DNA of 64,000 nt from Polyangiales bacterium (GTDB lineage Bacteria; Myxococcota_A; Polyangia; Polyangiales; Polyangiaceae): positions 32,001 to 96,000 of the forward strand of contig JBBRNJ010000017.1 of assembly GCA_038230375.1 (NCBI GenBank), read 5' to 3'. Every line of letters starts with the position of its first letter. Position 1 is the first letter of the stretch. Below are positions 39,032-48,913 of the stretch, in pieces. Below the pieces are notes generated by a model. The model did not search any database. It was not told where the DNA came from and worked only from the letters and a program-made list of their open reading frames with translations. Both the position numbers and the translations under genes were made by a program.

Positions 39032-39844
39032 TCAGGCCGTAGCGCCGCCGGGGCTGCCCACGGTCTCTTTCCACATGCCATCGGGTGAGAGCTCGAAGAT
39101 GCTCTCACCCCACGAGGCGCCTTCGGACTCGCGCAGGATGATCTCGGGCACGCCGTCCGCGTTCATGTCGAACACCGCGACGGGTCGATAGCAGAACGCG
39201 CCGAACGTGGTGACCCTGGAGCGCTCGCGCGTGAGCACGGTCCACCCCGAGCTGCGCCGCGGATCGTAGCGCGCAATGAGATAACCTGCGTTGCTGGTCC
39301 CGACCGCGAAGTGTCCGCGACCCGGCACGTCGAAGAACCGCGTTCGCGTTGGGATCGCCGTGCACTGGCTCGGGATCAGCGTTGCGCGAACGCTGGTGTC
39401 GGGGATCTGCTTCGCGACGAGCGCGTCGAACGACGAGCGCTCGATGCGCGTCGGCATCCACTCCGCGGACGGCGGGGATTGCCACACGGAGTCCGCTGAG
39501 ACGAGGACTGACACGCGATCGGTGCGTGCCTTCGGCGTGAAGGAGAGCTCGGCGCAGCCCGTCACGTCGTAGTCGTCTTTTGCGGATGCCACGCGCGTGG
39601 AGACGATCTGTCCCCATGCGTCGAGCGCGCGCCACTTCGAGCCGAGCTTCGCCCAGCGTGCAGGGCTTCCACAACGACCGCGCGCTGCGGGCTCCACTGC
39701 CTCGTGAATCCTGCCGCCGACAACCTCTGCGAGCGGCACGTGCGGATCCGCCGCCAGGAACCACGCCGTGGCTGCGGGCCGATGCGCTGCGAATGCAAGG
39801 ACCAGAGCAAGGCTCGCGGGAAGCATCGCCACCACGCTACCCAC
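39032..39844 (-). CDS. Hypothetical secreted protein
   Basis: Signal-like N-terminus; DMNADGVPEII FG-GAP-like loop near the C-terminus. Confidence 0.6.
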   Translation of the reverse strand: MGSVVAMLPASLALVLAFAAHRPAATAWFLAADPHVPLAEVVGGRIHEAVEPAARGRCGSPARWAKLGSKWRALDAWGQIVSTRVASAKDDYDVTGCAELSFTPKARTDRVSVLVSADSVWQSPPSAEWMPTRIERSSFDALVAKQIPDTSVRATLIPSQCTAIPTRTRFFDVPGRGHFAVGTSNAGYLIARYDPRRSSGWTVLTRERSRVTTFGAFCYRPVAVFDMNADGVPEIILRESEGASWGESIFELSPDGMWKETVGSPGGATA

Positions 39845-39916
39845 GTGGGTCCCACCGGCCCAGTTTTGGGCGGCGCCAATTGCCGCGAGCCGGGACGCTC
39901 GGCGGCCCTTGTGACG

Positions 39917-41953
39917 CTAGTTCACTGACTTCAGGTCGATCGGGAGGTGCGGCTCTGACGGCGTCGCGATCGAGGTGAGGGGCGAGGTGAGGGACGAGGT
40001 CACGGACGAGGTCAGGGTCGAGGTCGCGGGCGCGGCCGAGGTCAACGCCGGGGGGGTTGCCGCCGTTGCCGCCGTTGCCGCCGTCGCCGTCCTGGGCTCC
40101 GAGAACGACGGTGTGTAGCTTGGCACCAGCTCCTTGATTGCTTCGCGGATGGCTGAGGAATTTCCGGCCTCTGCTACGCGCATCAGCTGCTTCAACATCC
40201 TCGCTAGATCCGCTGGTGGCGCTGGACTCCTTGCGACGAAGATCTTCTTTCGGACGGAGTGCGTCTGCTCCTCGGCCTCGGTCATGAGGGTCTCGAAGAG
40301 CTTCTCGCCGGGGCGAAGGCCGGTGAACTTGATCTGGATGTCGTTGCCGGCCGCGCCGCCGGCCATCGTGATCATGTGCGCCGCCAGGTCCGCGATGCGG
40401 ATCGGCTCGCCCATGTCTAGGACGCACAGCTCGCCGTAGCCGCCGAGGCCAGCGATGAGCACCAAGCCGACAGCCTCCGAGATCGTCATGAAGTAGCGCG
40501 TGCAGTCCGGGTGCGTGACCGTCAGCGGTCCGCCACGCGCGATCTGCGACTTGAACAACGGAACCACGCTGCCGGCGCTTCCGAGCACGTTGCCGAAGCG
40601 CACTGCAGTGAACGATGTCTTGGAGCGCTGCGCGACGTGGCGGATGACGAGCTCCGCCACGCGCTTGCTTGCGCCCATCACGCTGGTGGGCGCGACGGCC
40701 TTGTCCGTGGAGATGAGCACGAAGCGCTGCGCGCCAACGGCGTCCGCCATCTCCGCCATGTTGAGCGTGCCGAACACGTTGTTCTTCACGGCCTCCGCGG
40801 GCGATGTCTCCATGAGCGGGACATGCTTGTGCGCGGCGGCGTGGAAGACGTAGAGCGGCTTGTGCGCGTGGCCGATCCGCACCAGCGTCTGCGCCTCACG
40901 GATGTCGGCGATGACAGCGTGGACCTTCACGTCGGGGAAGTCGACCTCGAGATCGCGCTGCAGGAAGTAGAGGCCGTTCTCGTTGATGTCGAGGAGGACG
41001 AGCTCGCGTGCGCCGTACTTCGCGACCTGCCGGACGATCTCGGAGCCGATGGACCCCGCCGCGCCGCTGACGAGCACGCACGCGCCGCGGAGAGTCTTGA
41101 AGTCCTCTGCTTCGAAGACGTGCGGATCGCGCGGGAGCAGGTCCTCCGGGCTCACGTCGTGCAGCATGGACGCGGTGAGGCGGTCGCCGAGCGTGGTGAT
41201 CGACTCGGGCACGATCTTCAGGCTCACGTTGAGCGAGCGGCACAATTCCAGGATGGACTTCACGCGCGCGGCGGGGAGGTTCGCGATGGCGATGAGGACC
41301 TTGGCGACCTCGCGCTTCTTGACGATCTGCGGGAGCTCCTCGATCCGCCCGAGCACCGGCTTGCCGCCGATCTGCATGCCGAGCTTGGCCTTGTCGTCAT
41401 CGAGGAATCCGATGACGTGATAGTCGTGGCCAGCTGCCCGTGACAGCTCACGAAGGAGCAGGTCGCCAGCGAGCCCGGCGCCGATGATGATGGTCTTCAG
41501 CGACGTCTGGCTGCGCGCGCGTTGCTGCTCCGAGTACCAGCCAAGGACGTAGCGCGGCGCGAAGCGCACGGTCGCCATGAGGGCCGCGGAGGAGAAAAAT
41601 TCCAGCGCGAACACCGAGCGCGGAAGCCCGGCACGGCGGAAGAAGAAGACGCCGAAGCCAAGAACCACGGTGCCCGTGATGGTCACGAGCACCATGCGCA
41701 CGGCCTCGTTGAAGCCGGCCATGCGGAAGGACCAGCGGTGCACACCGGCAGCGCACGACAGAGCCGCGCGGAGCGCGATGAGAAACGGCAGGGTGCGCCA
41801 GAACGCGTGCTCGTACGTGGCGGGGACGTTGCCCTCGAACCGAAGCTGGAACGCCACCCAGAGGGAGAGAGTGACGAGCAGAGCGTCGGCGCTGAGAAGC
41901 GCGACGATCCTGAGAGGACCCGAGTCGAACCATCGTCGGGGGCGGATCGCCAT
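39917..41953 (-). CDS. Membrane-bound UDP-GlcNAc 4,6-dehydratase (CapD/PglF family)
   Basis: N-terminal TM segments, GAAGSIGSE, HAAAHKHVP, ISTDKAV, MGASKR, RFGNVLGS, GLRPGEKL. Confidence 0.95.
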   Translation of the reverse strand: MAIRPRRWFDSGPLRIVALLSADALLVTLSLWVAFQLRFEGNVPATYEHAFWRTLPFLIALRAALSCAAGVHRWSFRMAGFNEAVRMVLVTITGTVVLGFGVFFFRRAGLPRSVFALEFFSSAALMATVRFAPRYVLGWYSEQQRARSQTSLKTIIIGAGLAGDLLLRELSRAAGHDYHVIGFLDDDKAKLGMQIGGKPVLGRIEELPQIVKKREVAKVLIAIANLPAARVKSILELCRSLNVSLKIVPESITTLGDRLTASMLHDVSPEDLLPRDPHVFEAEDFKTLRGACVLVSGAAGSIGSEIVRQVAKYGARELVLLDINENGLYFLQRDLEVDFPDVKVHAVIADIREAQTLVRIGHAHKPLYVFHAAAHKHVPLMETSPAEAVKNNVFGTLNMAEMADAVGAQRFVLISTDKAVAPTSVMGASKRVAELVIRHVAQRSKTSFTAVRFGNVLGSAGSVVPLFKSQIARGGPLTVTHPDCTRYFMTISEAVGLVLIAGLGGYGELCVLDMGEPIRIADLAAHMITMAGGAAGNDIQIKFTGLRPGEKLFETLMTEAEEQTHSVRKKIFVARSPAPPADLARMLKQLMRVAEAGNSSAIREAIKELVPSYTPSFSEPRTATAATAATAATPPALTSAAPATSTLTSSVTSSLTSPLTSIATPSEPHLPIDLKSVN

Positions 41954-41955
41954 TC

Positions 41956-43158
41956 CTAACCCGCCCTCTTCTGGCCGCGCTGTTCCTCGCCGTGTCGCGC
42001 CCTTGCGACCGCACGGGGGGCGGCTCGGACAACATCGATCACGCGCGTCTGGTCTGCATCCGTCAGGCTGCTGGAGCTGGGAAGACAGATGCCGTTCGCG
42101 AAGAGCTCTTCTGCGACGGCGCGCTCTCCCGCACGAATGTGCTCGGCAGAGGCGAACACCGGCTGCATGTGCATCGGCTTCCAGACGGGCCGCGACTCGA
42201 TGTTCTCTTCGGTGAGCGCGGCGATGAGTTGATCGCGGCTGGCGCCGAAGCGTGTGCCGTCCACCTGGAAGCAGCTGAGCCAGTTGGTGTGGAGCCCGAA
42301 CGCGGCCTGCGGCATGAGGGCGATGCCGGGCACACCCGCGAAGGCGTCTCGATAGCGGAACGCCACGGCGCGGCGCTGACGCACGCGCTCGTCGATGGCG
42401 GTGAGCTGCCCACGGCCGATACCCGCGAGCACGTTGCTGAGCCGGTAATTGTAGCCGATATCGACGTGGTGATAGGCGAGCCCCGGCTCGCGCGCCTGCG
42501 TGGACCAGTAGCGCGCCTTGTCGACCCAGTCCTTGCGACGGCTGACGAGCATGCCGCCGCCGGTGGTCGTGATCAGCTTGTTTCCGTTGAACGAGAAGAT
42601 GCTGACGTCACCGAAGGTTCCCACGCGACGGCCCTTGTAAAGCGTGCCCACGGCCTCAGCGGCGTCCTCGATGAGGGCGACGCCGTGCTTGGTGCAGGCC
42701 GCGAGGATGGGATCGAGGTCGGCGCTCTGCCCGTAGAGGTGGACGATGACGACGGCGCGCGGGAGCTTGCCGCGGGCCGCGCGTTCGTCCAGGAACGATG
42801 CAAGGAGCACCGGATCCATGTTCCAGCTCTCGTGGTCGCTGTCGATGAACACGGGCGTGGCGCCGAGATAGGCGACGGGATTGATGGTGGCGGCGAACGT
42901 CAGATCGGAGCACACGACCTCGTCGCCGGGCCCCACGCCCACGAGCTTCAGCGCCAGATGCAGCGCCGCCGTCCCGCTGGCGAGAGCGACGCACGAGAGA
43001 GCGAGCTCGGAGCCGAGATGAGCGGAGAATTCGCTCTCGAACGCCTCCAGGTTGGGCCCGATGGTGGACAGCCAGTTCGTTGCGAACGCCTCGCGGACGT
43101 AGCCCTCCTCGAGGCCGCACATGTGGGGAACCGACAGGAAGATGCGCGGGCGGGTCAT
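41956..43158 (-). CDS. DegT/DnrJ/EryC1/StrS sugar aminotransferase (PglE/EpsN-like)
   Basis: SGTAALHLA, EDAAEA, SFNGNKLITTTGGG, GYNYRLSN, RPVWKPMH; start could be 43218. Confidence 0.95.
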   Translation of the reverse strand: MTRPRIFLSVPHMCGLEEGYVREAFATNWLSTIGPNLEAFESEFSAHLGSELALSCVALASGTAALHLALKLVGVGPGDEVVCSDLTFAATINPVAYLGATPVFIDSDHESWNMDPVLLASFLDERAARGKLPRAVVIVHLYGQSADLDPILAACTKHGVALIEDAAEAVGTLYKGRRVGTFGDVSIFSFNGNKLITTTGGGMLVSRRKDWVDKARYWSTQAREPGLAYHHVDIGYNYRLSNVLAGIGRGQLTAIDERVRQRRAVAFRYRDAFAGVPGIALMPQAAFGLHTNWLSCFQVDGTRFGASRDQLIAALTEENIESRPVWKPMHMQPVFASAEHIRAGERAVAEELFANGICLPSSSSLTDADQTRVIDVVRAAPRAVARARHGEEQRGQKRAG

Positions 43159-43370
43159 GGGATGCGGGTGTTGCAACGCGAGGGTCCCGGTGTCCGATGC
43201 GTCAGCACCGCGGGTCATTCACGAGCGGCGGAGCTTAGTCCATGAAGGGGGTCTGTCAATGCGACGGGCCCCCGAAATCCTGCCTCTTTCGTGTGTTTTT
43301 CGAGATACCTCTGTCAGCTTCCGTGGCCAGGTTGGGCGGGCGCGTGCTACCTAAAACTCCATCTAACAGG

Positions 43371-44717
43371 ATGAGGACGAATCGGTCCGTTCGGACGCCC
43401 ACCTCCACCCTGGCGCTCTTCGCCTGTCTGGCCTGCCTGGCCCAGGTCCCCGCCTGCGCGGACGAGCCCCAGATCCCAGTTCGGACCGCGAACGACGCCA
43501 AGCCTCGTCGGCCGCCTCTCAAGGTCGACGACGAGAAGGACAAGGTCCCCGAAGCCGCTCCCCTGCTCGAGGACGACGCATCCTTCGTGGCAGACCTGCA
43601 CAAGATGCCGGAGCTGCGCGCGGTCATGGCGGATCCCGAGAAGTATCGCGCGGAGATCCTCCTGACAGAGGTGCGGCCGCCCAGACATCGCGACGGCAGA
43701 CCCGAGCTCGTTCGCCATGCGTTCCGCGTGGACCGCGAGTACTTCTACCCTGCGAGCGCGATCAAGCTCACGGCGGCGGTCGCTGGCCTGGAGGCGCTGG
43801 CAGAGCGTGGACGCGCGCGCGGCCGCACGTATGCGCCCGACTGCGCGATGAAGATCTTCGATGCGACCGCAGGCGCGTACGAGGAGAAGGACATCACTGA
43901 CTACGTCACGGGCCACCTCAACATCGCGCACGAGCTGAAGAAGATGCTCGTCATCTCCGACAACGAGGCGTTCAACAGGATGTACGCGTTCGTCGGCCAC
44001 CGCGAGATGAACACGCGCATGTGGAAGCTCGGGCTGGCGTCGGTGCGCATCCGGCACAGGCTCGGCAACAACGTGAAGGACCTGGACGATCCGACGATCA
44101 CGCCGGAGGTCATCATCGTTCCGGGAGACGGCGGAGCGGAGCTGATGACACCCGAGCGCGCGAGCAACCTGATGCTCTTCGCAGTCCGTGATGCCGGCAC
44201 CAAGGTGGGCCGAGGGCACATGGAAGGCAACGTCGCCATGCAGGGGCCCATGGATTTCTCGGAGAAGAACCGCATCGGCATCCGCGATCTCCAGCGGCTC
44301 CTCACGAAGATCGTTCTGCCGGAGGCGGAGGACGCGCTCCCGGACTACGACGACGATGGGCGCGCGTTGCTCCTGTCGCTGCTCTCGATGCTGCCATCGC
44401 AGTCACGGCTCACCGGCTTCGACACCAGCCTGGACGAGCTCCAGCGGCTCTCCTACCCCGGCGTGAACCGCGTGGTCTCCGCGAACGGCAAGGTCAAGCT
44501 CTACGGAAAATCCGGGCGCGCGTACGGGTTCTCGGTGGAGAACTCCTTCGCGTACGATCCCGACACCAGGCGTGGCTTCTTCCTCACGGCCACGCTCTAC
44601 ACGAACGAAGGCGCCATCGTGGGCTCCGACCACTACGAATACGCCGAGATCGCGAACCCATTCTTCGCGGCGCTCGGCGAGTACGGCGCGAAGCGGGCCT
44701 TCAAGACCAGCCGCTGA
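43371..44717 (+). CDS. Serine hydrolase lipoprotein with class A beta-lactamase-like fold
   Basis: YPASAIK (SxxK), SDN and KSG motifs; VPAC lipobox-like. Confidence 0.8.
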   Translation: MRTNRSVRTPTSTLALFACLACLAQVPACADEPQIPVRTANDAKPRRPPLKVDDEKDKVPEAAPLLEDDASFVADLHKMPELRAVMADPEKYRAEILLTEVRPPRHRDGRPELVRHAFRVDREYFYPASAIKLTAAVAGLEALAERGRARGRTYAPDCAMKIFDATAGAYEEKDITDYVTGHLNIAHELKKMLVISDNEAFNRMYAFVGHREMNTRMWKLGLASVRIRHRLGNNVKDLDDPTITPEVIIVPGDGGAELMTPERASNLMLFAVRDAGTKVGRGHMEGNVAMQGPMDFSEKNRIGIRDLQRLLTKIVLPEAEDALPDYDDDGRALLLSLLSMLPSQSRLTGFDTSLDELQRLSYPGVNRVVSANGKVKLYGKSGRAYGFSVENSFAYDPDTRRGFFLTATLYTNEGAIVGSDHYEYAEIANPFFAALGEYGAKRAFKTSR

Positions 44718-44770
44718 GCCTCTGCTCTCCAGCGGGCAGGGGGAACGGGCATGCGGGAAAAACTCCGGGC

Positions 44771-44798
44771 TTGACCCCTGGGGGGTGCCGCCTATACT
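44771..44798 (+). promoter_or_regulatory. Sigma70-type promoter of rpsO
   Basis: TTGACC-N16-TATACT about 110 bp upstream of the rpsO ATG. Confidence 0.7.
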
Positions 44799-44910
44799 GC
44801 GCGGCCGCTGAGGGAAGGACGGTCCTTCCTCGAAGCACCTCCTAGGCTGATCGCGGATCTCCTTCTTTTCAAGGGTTTCTGTGCCAGCCCGAACCGCGGA
44901 AAGCATTTCC

Positions 44911-45180
44911 ATGCCGCTTTTGTCCGACAAGAAGAACGAGCTGATCAACAAGTTCCGCACCCACGAGTCCGATACGGGCTCGCCCGAGGTGCAGGTCGCT
45001 CTCATCACCGAGCGCATCACGTACCTCACGGAGCACTTCAAGACGCACGCGAAGGACCACCACTCGCGCCGCGGTCTGCACCGCCTGGTCACCAAGCGCC
45101 GCAGCCTCCTCAAGTACCTGAAGAAGGTCAGCCTGGACCGGTACCGCAAGACGGTGCTGGCCTTGAACCTCCGCAAGTAA
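44911..45180 (+). CDS. rpsO: 30S ribosomal protein S15
   Basis: [24 protein letters not shown]; 89 aa. Confidence 0.98.
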   Translation: MPLLSDKKNELINKFRTHESDTGSPEVQVALITERITYLTEHFKTHAKDHHSRRGLHRLVTKRRSLLKYLKKVSLDRYRKTVLALNLRK

Positions 45181-45189
45181 CGAACCCCC

Positions 45190-45222
45190 AACGGGACGGT
45201 CTTCTGACTGTCCCGTTTTTCT
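45190..45222 (+). terminator. Rho-independent terminator/attenuator after rpsO
   Basis: aacgggacgg...ctgtcccgtt stem followed by a T tract. Confidence 0.75.
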
Positions 45223-45432
45223 TGGTCGGCTTTCGTGTCGGCTTCCGTCCTGTCACCGCTTACTTTTTTTCTATCCCGGTCTCGTTCTCTTCGTTCGCCT
45301 TGCTCTTCGTTTTGCGCCCACGACCTCCACCTTCTGGAGCGTCGTGGGCGGAAACCGAGGAACCAAGGCACAGCACGAGACTGGCGTCATCGCCGCACGT
45401 AGCGGCGCACTCGCGCGAAGGAGCGCACGCAC

Positions 45433-47685
45433 ATGTCATTCGTTCGTGAATCCGTTCTCATCAACGGCAGGCCTCTCACCATGGAGACCGGCCGCCTGGC
45501 GAAGCAAGCCCACGGCGCCGTCCTCATCTCGTATGGCGACAGCATGGTTCTCGTCACCGCGGTCAGCGGCGAGGAGCGCCCCGGCCTCGATTTCTTCCCC
45601 CTCACCTGCGAGTACTTCGAGAAGACGTACGCCGCCGGCCGCATCCCCGGCGGATTCTTCAAGCGCGAAGGTCGCCAGCGCGACGACGAGATCCTCACCA
45701 GCCGCCTCATCGACCGCCCGTGCCGTCCCCTCTTCCCCGAGGGATTCAAGATGGACACGCAGGTGGTCGCGACGGTCCTCTCGAGCGACCAGGAGAACCC
45801 GACGGATGTCCTTGCGCTCACCGGCGGAAGCGCCGCGCTGCACATCTCGGACATCCCGTGGGCCGGCCCCGTGGTCGGCGTTCGCGTCTCGCGCGTGAAC
45901 GGCGAGTTCATCGCGTACCCGACGTTCGCGCAGCAGGCCGAGAGTGATCTCGATCTCGTCGTCGCGACCAGCAAGGATGGCGTCGTGATGGTCGAAGGCG
46001 GCGCCGCCGAGGCCCCCGAGGCCGACGTCATCGAAGGGCTCATGTTCGCGCAGAAGGCCGCTCAGCCGATCCTCGCGCTCATCGAGAAGCTCCGCGCCGC
46101 TGTCGGCAAGGAGAAGCGCAAGTTCGAGCCGAAGAAGCTCTCGGCCGAGATCGCGGCGATGATCCCGCCGATCGTCGACAAGCCGATCCTCGAGGCCTCG
46201 CTCATCAAGGAGAAGAAGAAGCGCTACGAGTCCTACAAGGTCGCGAAGGACGCCATGATCGCCGCCGTCATCGCGAAGGTCGGCGCCGACAAGTTCCCCG
46301 AGATCGAGAAGCTCGTGAAGGCCGAGTTCGACGAGCGCAAGTACGAGGTCGTTCGCGAGTTCGTGATGTCGCAGAACAAGCGCATCGACGGACGCGACAT
46401 GGCGACCATTCGCCCGATCATGACGGAGGCGGGCATCCTGCCGCGCGTCCACGGCTCTGCGCTCTTCCAGCGCGGTGAGACCCAGGCGATCGTCACCACG
46501 ACCCTCGGCACGTCCACGGACGAGCAGAAGATCGACGGCCTCACGGGCGAGCGCTGGAAGCGCTTCCTGCTCCACTACAACTTCCCGCCGTTCTCCACGG
46601 GCGAGACCAAGCCCATGCGCGGCCCCGGCCGCCGTGAGGTCGGCCACGGCGCTCTCGCCGAGCGCGCGCTCCTGCGGATGATGCCCGAGAAGGAGAACTT
46701 CCCGTACACCGTTCGCATCGTCTCCGAGACGCTCGAGTCCAACGGCAGCTCCTCGATGGCCGCGGTCTGCGGCGGCACGATGAGCCTCATGGACGCGGGC
46801 GTGCCGATCAAGGCGCCCGTCGCCGGCATCGCGATGGGCCTCATCTCCGACGGCAAGCGCTTCAACATCCTGAGCGACATCCTCGGCGACGAAGATCACC
46901 TCGGTGACATGGACTTCAAGGTCTGCGGTACCCACAAGGGCATCACCGCGATCCAGATGGACATCAAGATCGCGGGCCTCTCGCGCGAGATCCTCACGAA
47001 GGCGCTCGACCAGGCGCGTGAAGGCCGCATCCACATCCTCGGCAAGATGGCCGAGACGCTTGCGACGCACCGCGCGGAGCTCAACAAGTACGCGCCGCGC
47101 ATCACGACCCTCAAGGTCAAGCCGGACCAGATCCGCATCATCATCGGACCGGGCGGCAAGACCATCAAGGGCATCGTCGATCAGACCGGCGTCGCGATCG
47201 ACGTCGAGGACGACGGCACGGTCAACATTGCCTCCGCGGACTCTGACGCGGTGGCGAAGGCGATCGCGATCATCAAGGGCCTCACCACGGAGCCCGAGGT
47301 CGGTGCAGTCTACAAGGGTAGCGTCTCGCGCGTCGTCGACTTTGGCGCGTTCATCGAGATCCTCCCCGGCACCGACGGCCTCCTCCACGTCTCCGAGATG
47401 GCGCACACGCGCGTCGAGAACGTGACGGACGTCATGAAGGAAGGCGACGAGGTCGAGGTCAAGGTCATCGACGTAGGTCGCGATGGCAAGATCCGGCTCT
47501 CCCGCCGCGAGCTGCTTCCCCTCCCCGAGGGCGAAGAGGGCGAGCGCGCGAAGGAGCGCATGGCTGCAGCCCGTGAGGGTGGGCCGCCGCGTCGCGAGGG
47601 CGGTCCGGGCGGTGGTGGCGGTGGACGTGATCGCGGCCCGCGCGGCGGCGGTGGCGGTCGTGACCGCGGCCCGCGCCGTAACTGA
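45433..47685 (+). CDS. pnp: Polyribonucleotide nucleotidyltransferase (PNPase)
   Basis: [45 protein letters not shown] and S1 domains; Gly/Arg tail. Confidence 0.98.
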   Translation: MSFVRESVLINGRPLTMETGRLAKQAHGAVLISYGDSMVLVTAVSGEERPGLDFFPLTCEYFEKTYAAGRIPGGFFKREGRQRDDEILTSRLIDRPCRPLFPEGFKMDTQVVATVLSSDQENPTDVLALTGGSAALHISDIPWAGPVVGVRVSRVNGEFIAYPTFAQQAESDLDLVVATSKDGVVMVEGGAAEAPEADVIEGLMFAQKAAQPILALIEKLRAAVGKEKRKFEPKKLSAEIAAMIPPIVDKPILEASLIKEKKKRYESYKVAKDAMIAAVIAKVGADKFPEIEKLVKAEFDERKYEVVREFVMSQNKRIDGRDMATIRPIMTEAGILPRVHGSALFQRGETQAIVTTTLGTSTDEQKIDGLTGERWKRFLLHYNFPPFSTGETKPMRGPGRREVGHGALAERALLRMMPEKENFPYTVRIVSETLESNGSSSMAAVCGGTMSLMDAGVPIKAPVAGIAMGLISDGKRFNILSDILGDEDHLGDMDFKVCGTHKGITAIQMDIKIAGLSREILTKALDQAREGRIHILGKMAETLATHRAELNKYAPRITTLKVKPDQIRIIIGPGGKTIKGIVDQTGVAIDVEDDGTVNIASADSDAVAKAIAIIKGLTTEPEVGAVYKGSVSRVVDFGAFIEILPGTDGLLHVSEMAHTRVENVTDVMKEGDEVEVKVIDVGRDGKIRLSRRELLPLPEGEEGERAKERMAAAREGGPPRREGGPGGGGGGRDRGPRGGGGGRDRGPRRN

Positions 47686-47775
47686 CACGAGAGCGTAGGC
47701 GCCATGACACAGGTGCGGGGCGCAAGCGCCTCGCGATCTGCGGCGGTTACGCCCCAGCCACGGCTCCCCGAAAGC

Positions 47776-47812
47776 GGGCGACATTCCACGGAGTGTCGCC
47801 CTCTTCTTTTTT
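47776..47812 (+). terminator. Rho-independent terminator after pnp
   Basis: gggcgacattcc...ggagtgtcgccc followed by tcttcttttttt. Confidence 0.8.
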
Positions 47813-47866
47813 GTCTTTGTCCACGCCTGAGATGCGGGCATCGTGCGCCCACACGAGGAGAGCGTA

Positions 47867-48859
47867 ATGAGTGAAATGACCGAGATGCTCGAGAAGATGG
47901 AACACGCCGGCCACAGCGGCGGCGGGCATGGTCACGGTGATGATCATGGCAAGAAGGGTCCGGGCAAGGGCGTCGGCGTCACGATGGCGATGCTGGGCGT
48001 GATGCTCGCGTTCTGCGCGGCCATGGTCGGCGCAAGCCGCACGGAGCTCATTCGCTACACGGTGGAGCAGTCGAACGAGTACGCCGAGTTCCAGGCCGAA
48101 TCGACGAAGTACCGCGTCATGGAAGCCGATTTCGAGATCCTCCACGCGCTCACGCCGAACAAGGCGGAGCTGAAGAAGTTCGAGGAGAAGCTCGCCTCCG
48201 TGCACAGCAAGTCCGGCAAGGGCGACGACGAGGACACCGCCGAGATCAAGGAGACCATCAGCGTCGCCACCCACGAGCTCGCCGACGTGCTCACGCCTGA
48301 CAAGGAAGACGAGGATCGCCTCGAGCGGATCGCGAAGAAGTACAAGCACGACATGGTCGAGGCGAAGGAAGACGCCGAGGCGTACGACCTGGCGATCGAG
48401 ACGTACCACGAGGCGGCAGAGGGCTACGAGCACGCGCAGCTCTGCGCGGAGATCGGCATTGTCATCGCGTCCGTCGCGCTGCTCATGGCGAGCCGGTTCG
48501 CCTGGTATGTATCGCTCGTGGTCGGCCTGGCCGGCGGCGGTTTCATCGCCAAGACCGCGATCGAGACCCACCAGCACCTCTCGGTCGCCGAAGAGAAGAT
48601 CAAGAAGGCGAAGGCCGACACCGCCGCCATCCAGAAGGACGACGAAGAGGACGACAAGGAAGAGAAGAAGGACGGCAAGCCAGAGGAGCACGGCAAGGCC
48701 GAGGAGCACGGCAAGGCCGACGAGCACGGCAAGGCCGAGGGCAAGCCCGAAGAGAAGAAGACCGAAGGCAAGCCCGAGGAGAAGAAGGCCGAAGAGAAGG
48801 CCCCCGCTCCCAGCGCGAAGCCCGAGGAGAAGAAGGCCCCCGCTCCCGAACACCACTGA
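47867..48859 (+). CDS. DUF4337-like membrane protein with His-rich N-terminus and repetitive charged tail
   Basis: N-terminal TM, coiled periplasmic region, two C-terminal TMs (EIGIVIASVALL); GKxEEH repeats. Confidence 0.7.
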   Translation: MSEMTEMLEKMEHAGHSGGGHGHGDDHGKKGPGKGVGVTMAMLGVMLAFCAAMVGASRTELIRYTVEQSNEYAEFQAESTKYRVMEADFEILHALTPNKAELKKFEEKLASVHSKSGKGDDEDTAEIKETISVATHELADVLTPDKEDEDRLERIAKKYKHDMVEAKEDAEAYDLAIETYHEAAEGYEHAQLCAEIGIVIASVALLMASRFAWYVSLVVGLAGGGFIAKTAIETHQHLSVAEEKIKKAKADTAAIQKDDEEDDKEEKKDGKPEEHGKAEEHGKADEHGKAEGKPEEKKTEGKPEEKKAEEKAPAPSAKPEEKKAPAPEHH

Positions 48860-48879
48860 CGGCGAGGCCTGAACGAACG

Positions 48880-48913
48880 ACGCTGCGATTCCGAGAGGGG
48901 TCGCGGCGTTTTT
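48880..48913 (+). terminator. Terminator between convergent genes
   Basis: acgctgcgattcc-gaga-ggggtcgcggcgt followed by a T tract. Confidence 0.7.
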
